Origin: Micromonosporaceae bacterium
GTDB lineage: Bacteria > Actinomycetota > Actinomycetes > Mycobacteriales > Micromonosporaceae
Direction of reading: 5' to 3'
DNA: 64,000 bases
Assembly: GCA_036375165.1 (NCBI GenBank)
Contig: DASUSI010000178.1
Location: 43,086 to 107,085, forward strand
In this document: piece after piece, positions 60,816 to 64,000 of the stretch
Layout of the letters: every line of letters starts with the position of its first letter
Numbering within the stretch: the first letter of the stretch is position 1
Program-made: the position numbers and the translations under genes
Notes under the pieces: generated by a model
What the model was told of the DNA's origin: nothing
The model's input: the letters and a program-made list of their open reading frames with translations, nothing else
Database searches by the model: none

Positions 60816-63800
60816 ATGGTCGCTTTTATACCGTTTGTGGAGTCCCTGGTCTATGGCAATGCGCTGGCGCCAGCGCAGAACCACGGGGACTGGACGATCG
60901 CCAAGCCATCGCCTACGGGCACGCAGTGGCTCGCGCATCACCTCGATCGGATGCTGCCAGCGTTCGAAAGCTGGCTGGTCGCAGGGCAGCTGCCACCACT
61001 AACCGCCTGGGACGGGCAGTTTCCGACGCCTTGGGACCCGACCAACACAGTGCCGCTGACCGGTGGCCTGAACGGCACCTGGACCGGGATCGCAACGCTG
61101 GACGATCTGGGGGCCGCACTGGCCGCGCGGTTGAAAGCCGTGGCGTTGGACGCCCCAGAACTCATCGGCAAGCGCAAGGCACCGTTCAGCTACCGGTTCT
61201 GGGGCTACCTGCGCTGGGCATGGACCATTCGGGAGCGGTTCCTGGGCCGTCAGGTGATGCCGGTGGGCACGGTGGTCGACCGGGACGGCACGCAGTTGTC
61301 GGCTGTGTCATTCACCGACGTGTTCAACGATCTGCACCGCAACTGGCACATCTCGCCAAACGCACCTGTGGCCCCGACGCCGGGGTTTCGCACCACGGTG
61401 GGGCAACGCGTTCGACTCGGCATCGTGTCCGCCAGGGGCGAGGACTTCCTGCGCTTCCACCGCGAGCACATGAATCTGTTCCACCGCTGGCTGGATCGCA
61501 CAGGCCAGGCCCACCTGTTGCCGGTCGACATGGGCGGGCCGGGCGGATGGCCGGAGAGCGGACCCAACGTGCCACCGTCGCCGTACGCCGCCAACGAGAA
61601 CGCGGTCTCGCCCGGATCGCCGCTGCAGGGCCAGACCAGCATCAATCAGATCGGCGATATCGAGTTCGGCTACCACGTCACCGGTCATGGGCAGAACACC
61701 GACATCGGACCGCTGTCACACAACAACTACGTCCCCCGGTTCCACAACTGGCACGGCTGGATCGACGCGCAGTGGTGGTGGCGGGAACCGAGGTTCGTGC
61801 GCTCCGACCCGACGACGGGCGAGCGGGAGCGGTTCTTCCGTGTCGTCCTACAGAACGGTGCCGACCTGCCGGGGCTGCCGGCGTTGTCCATCGTCCGGGA
61901 TCCCGCCGTGGCCGCCGACCAGGTGTACCCGGCCACCGCCGTCGGCGGGCTGAACCTGACCACCGGCGCCGGGTCACTGCGGATGCGGCTGTACGTCCGC
62001 GACCCGTTCGATCGCACGCTGCGGATGCGGCTGATCGCCGAGGTACTCGACTTCAACGGAGCAGTCGGTGAGACCGTCACGGTGTTGCGAACCATCGGCA
62101 CCGGTGGCGACCACCCGCTGGATACCGAGTTCCTGGAGACCATAAGTTTCGCCAGCGCCTTCGCCTCCGACGATCCCACCATGGTCAACGCCGCCGTCGG
62201 TTTCCTCGCCGCCCGGATCCGGATCACCGGTAACCTGTGGGTCCCGAACACCGCCACACCGGATGACCCGACGACCTCACACGATCCAGGGTTCGTGCAC
62301 GAGGACGTCACCTATATCGATCTGGTGCGGGAGAAGCAGGCACCGGACGTGACGCTCTACCTCAACCGGTCGAGCTTCTCGCGTGACCAGGTGAACGCCA
62401 CCCTCGGCGGTGGGCCCACAGCGAGCTTTCCCCACTCGTTCCTGGTCGCGGTGCAGGACCGCACCTCGCCCGCGCAGGCCACGCCGGCCTGGCCGGCCGC
62501 GGTCGCCGACGAGGTCAAGGGCCTGCTGGTGGGCCTGCAGCCGTCGGCTGGCCTGTTCGACGACCCAGCACACCAGCCCACCGTGGAGCTGTTTGACCCG
62601 GCCACCTCGGCGGTGGTGCCAGGAGTCACGGTCGTGTTGGCCGGCCCGCCGGACAAGGAAGACCCGACCCTGCCGCCGGAGGTGCCGCAGCGGTACACAT
62701 GGCGGTACTCGGTGGTGTTCGACGCCAGCGGCGCAGCGTTCGACGACCTGGCCACCGGCACGCAGCGTGAGGTGCTGCTGCGGGTCCGCACCGGCGACCG
62801 CGCCGGCAACGCGGTCAGCGCCCAGGCCAGCGTTCGGCTCTTCGTCGACGCCAACCCGTACATGCTCGACGGCAATGTGCCCTGGCTGTCCATCGACACG
62901 AGGGTGTTCAACGTGCTGGAAGGACAGACCAGACTCGGCGAGACCTACACCGCAGGCCGTGACCCACTGGACCTGCTGACCGGCTACCTCAACCGCCTGA
63001 ACACCGGCACCACGGGCGGGCAGACCTTCGGCGACCTGCCGACCGAGGGCGTCGCGGCCGCTCTGGAGTACGCCCCACAGGTGCCTAACCCGCAGACCGG
63101 GGTGGCCACACCTGTCCGCAACTTCGCGCTGGCCAGGGTGCGGATCGCGACCCAGGCCGGGGCAAAAGGAGTGCGGCTGTTCTTCCGGCTGTTCCGCTAC
63201 GCCGCACCCAGCCTGCTGTTCGACACCGCGCGCGGCTACCGGTCCTTCGCCGACGGGCTGGGCCGGGTGATACCGCTGGTCGGGTTCGAGTCACAGACCA
63301 ACGGCGCCGCGCTGACCTCGATCCCGTTCTTCGGCAGCCCGCGGCTGATGCTGTCCGCATCGCCGATGACCGACCAGACCGACCCGACCAACGTCCACGA
63401 ATTCGGCGGTGCCGCGGGCGAACAGGTCTGGTACTTCGGCGCTTGGCTGGATGTCAACGTGCCGTCGGTGCAGATCCCCGAGGTGTACGTGGCGGCCAAT
63501 CCCGACGGCCCGTTCACCGCTGGGCAGATGCGTTCGATCTGCACCCTTATGACCGACTTCCATCAGTGCCTGGTCGCCGAGATCTGCTTTGACGCCGACC
63601 CGACGACAGCGCTGGCCTCTCCTTTCGAGTCGGACAACCTCGCGCAACGCAATCTGGTCGTGCTGGAAAGCGACAATCCCGGCGATGTGTGGACCCGCAC
63701 CGTCGAGCACAGCTTCGAGATCGACCTTCACCGTCCTGCGCTAGGCCCCGATATCGACCAATCCGATGACGAGAACGTCGCTGTGGACCACGGAGTCGAT

Positions 63801-64000
63801 CACGGCGAACCCTGCCGGGGATGTGGCGATCATGACGTGGACGACGACCTATTGTGCGCGCACTGCGCCGGGCTGGGCGCGCGCGTACCGCTGCTGCCCG
63901 ACGATCCCCGTCAGGTCATCTCGACCTTCCAGTTCCAGAAGCTCCTGCTCGACCAAGCGATGGACTTGGCCTTCCGCGACCCCGAGGGCATGCGGCTGAT
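60816..64000 (+). CDS. large multidomain protein, 3'-partial (over 1,061 aa): tyrosinase/hemocyanin-type di-copper domain + unassigned region + CxxC-x10-CxxC knuckle
   Basis: I translated the frame by hand from ATG 60816 (AGGGAG at 60801-60806) to base 64000 and found no stop. Codons are G/C-ending. Motifs: FNDLHRNWH, FLRFHREHMNLFHRWL, GYHVTGHG, YVPRFHNWHGWIDAQW, CRGCGDHDVDDDLLCAHC. Not in the supplied track because it lacks an in-window stop. Confidence 0.75.
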   Translation, partial: MVAFIPFVESLVYGNALAPAQNHGDWTIAKPSPTGTQWLAHHLDRMLPAFESWLVAGQLPPLTAWDGQFPTPWDPTNTVPLTGGLNGTWTGIATLDDLGAALAARLKAVALDAPELIGKRKAPFSYRFWGYLRWAWTIRERFLGRQVMPVGTVVDRDGTQLSAVSFTDVFNDLHRNWHISPNAPVAPTPGFRTTVGQRVRLGIVSARGEDFLRFHREHMNLFHRWLDRTGQAHLLPVDMGGPGGWPESGPNVPPSPYAANENAVSPGSPLQGQTSINQIGDIEFGYHVTGHGQNTDIGPLSHNNYVPRFHNWHGWIDAQWWWREPRFVRSDPTTGERERFFRVVLQNGADLPGLPALSIVRDPAVAADQVYPATAVGGLNLTTGAGSLRMRLYVRDPFDRTLRMRLIAEVLDFNGAVGETVTVLRTIGTGGDHPLDTEFLETISFASAFASDDPTMVNAAVGFLAARIRITGNLWVPNTATPDDPTTSHDPGFVHEDVTYIDLVREKQAPDVTLYLNRSSFSRDQVNATLGGGPTASFPHSFLVAVQDRTSPAQATPAWPAAVADEVKGLLVGLQPSAGLFDDPAHQPTVELFDPATSAVVPGVTVVLAGPPDKEDPTLPPEVPQRYTWRYSVVFDASGAAFDDLATGTQREVLLRVRTGDRAGNAVSAQASVRLFVDANPYMLDGNVPWLSIDTRVFNVLEGQTRLGETYTAGRDPLDLLTGYLNRLNTGTTGGQTFGDLPTEGVAAALEYAPQVPNPQTGVATPVRNFALARVRIATQAGAKGVRLFFRLFRYAAPSLLFDTARGYRSFADGLGRVIPLVGFESQTNGAALTSIPFFGSPRLMLSASPMTDQTDPTNVHEFGGAAGEQVWYFGAWLDVNVPSVQIPEVYVAANPDGPFTAGQMRSICTLMTDFHQCLVAEICFDADPTTALASPFESDNLAQRNLVVLESDNPGDVWTRTVEHSFEIDLHRPALGPDIDQSDDENVAVDHGVDHGEPCRGCGDHDVDDDLLCAHCAGLGARVPLLPDDPRQVISTFQFQKLLLDQAMDLAFRDPEGMRL

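Noticed and set aside
60926-62979. Track ORFs 60926..62071 (+) and 62410..62979 (+), and the minus-strand ORFs across 60.9-63.7 kb
   Set aside because: All are off-frame or antisense relative to the uninterrupted 60816-64000 frame and translate to Arg/Pro/Gly/Ala-rich strings. The 60816 frame has motif content and G/C-ending codons.

Overview
High-GC (roughly 70%) actinobacterial chromosomal segment. From memory, gene order is colinear with the Mycobacterium tuberculosis Rv2135c-Rv2093c region. It carries a conserved phosphatase/DUF3090/SCO1664-type trio, mshC, a PAC2 protein, metH, glyA and a Cas4-like nuclease with trmI. It also carries the complete Pup-proteasome system (arc/mpa, dop, pup, prcB, prcA, then pafA, pafB, pafC), followed by tatA-tatC, a glpD/TetR/AGPS-like oxidase/lipid-kinase block and hsp20. 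About 21.7 kb of other functions split the pupylation locus: a stand-alone MASE1 membrane protein; a PpgS-like GT2/DUF2304/flippase/epimerase set; a reductive pyrimidine-catabolism cluster; a DMT transporter; a MEDS-STAS protein; and rmlABCD with a GT2 and a methyltransferase. The pyrimidine cluster has a PucR regulator, NCS1 permease, beta-ureidopropionase, dihydropyrimidinase, aminotransferase and mmsA, plus an F420-type LLM oxidoreductase where a dihydropyrimidine dehydrogenase would be expected. Non-coding elements supported by the sequence are a ZTP (pfl) riboswitch ahead of glyA, a perfect 40-nt palindromic terminator after glyA, and several operator-like palindromes. The most unusual part is the right-hand end (60.1-64.0 kb). 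There a truncated MerR/HspR-like HTH abuts the wreck of a tyrosine recombinase, followed by an AT-richer stretch and an ORF of more than 1,061 codons. That ORF is missing from the supplied track because it has no stop inside the window. It combines a tyrosinase/hemocyanin-type six-histidine di-copper signature with about 700 residues I cannot assign and a CxxC-x10-CxxC knuckle. A degenerate endonuclease-VII-like ORF is also wedged between pup and prcB. I found no rRNA, tRNA or CRISPR array. Many long track ORFs are antisense or off-frame artefacts typical of GC-rich DNA. All homology statements come from motif recognition by eye, not from database searches.
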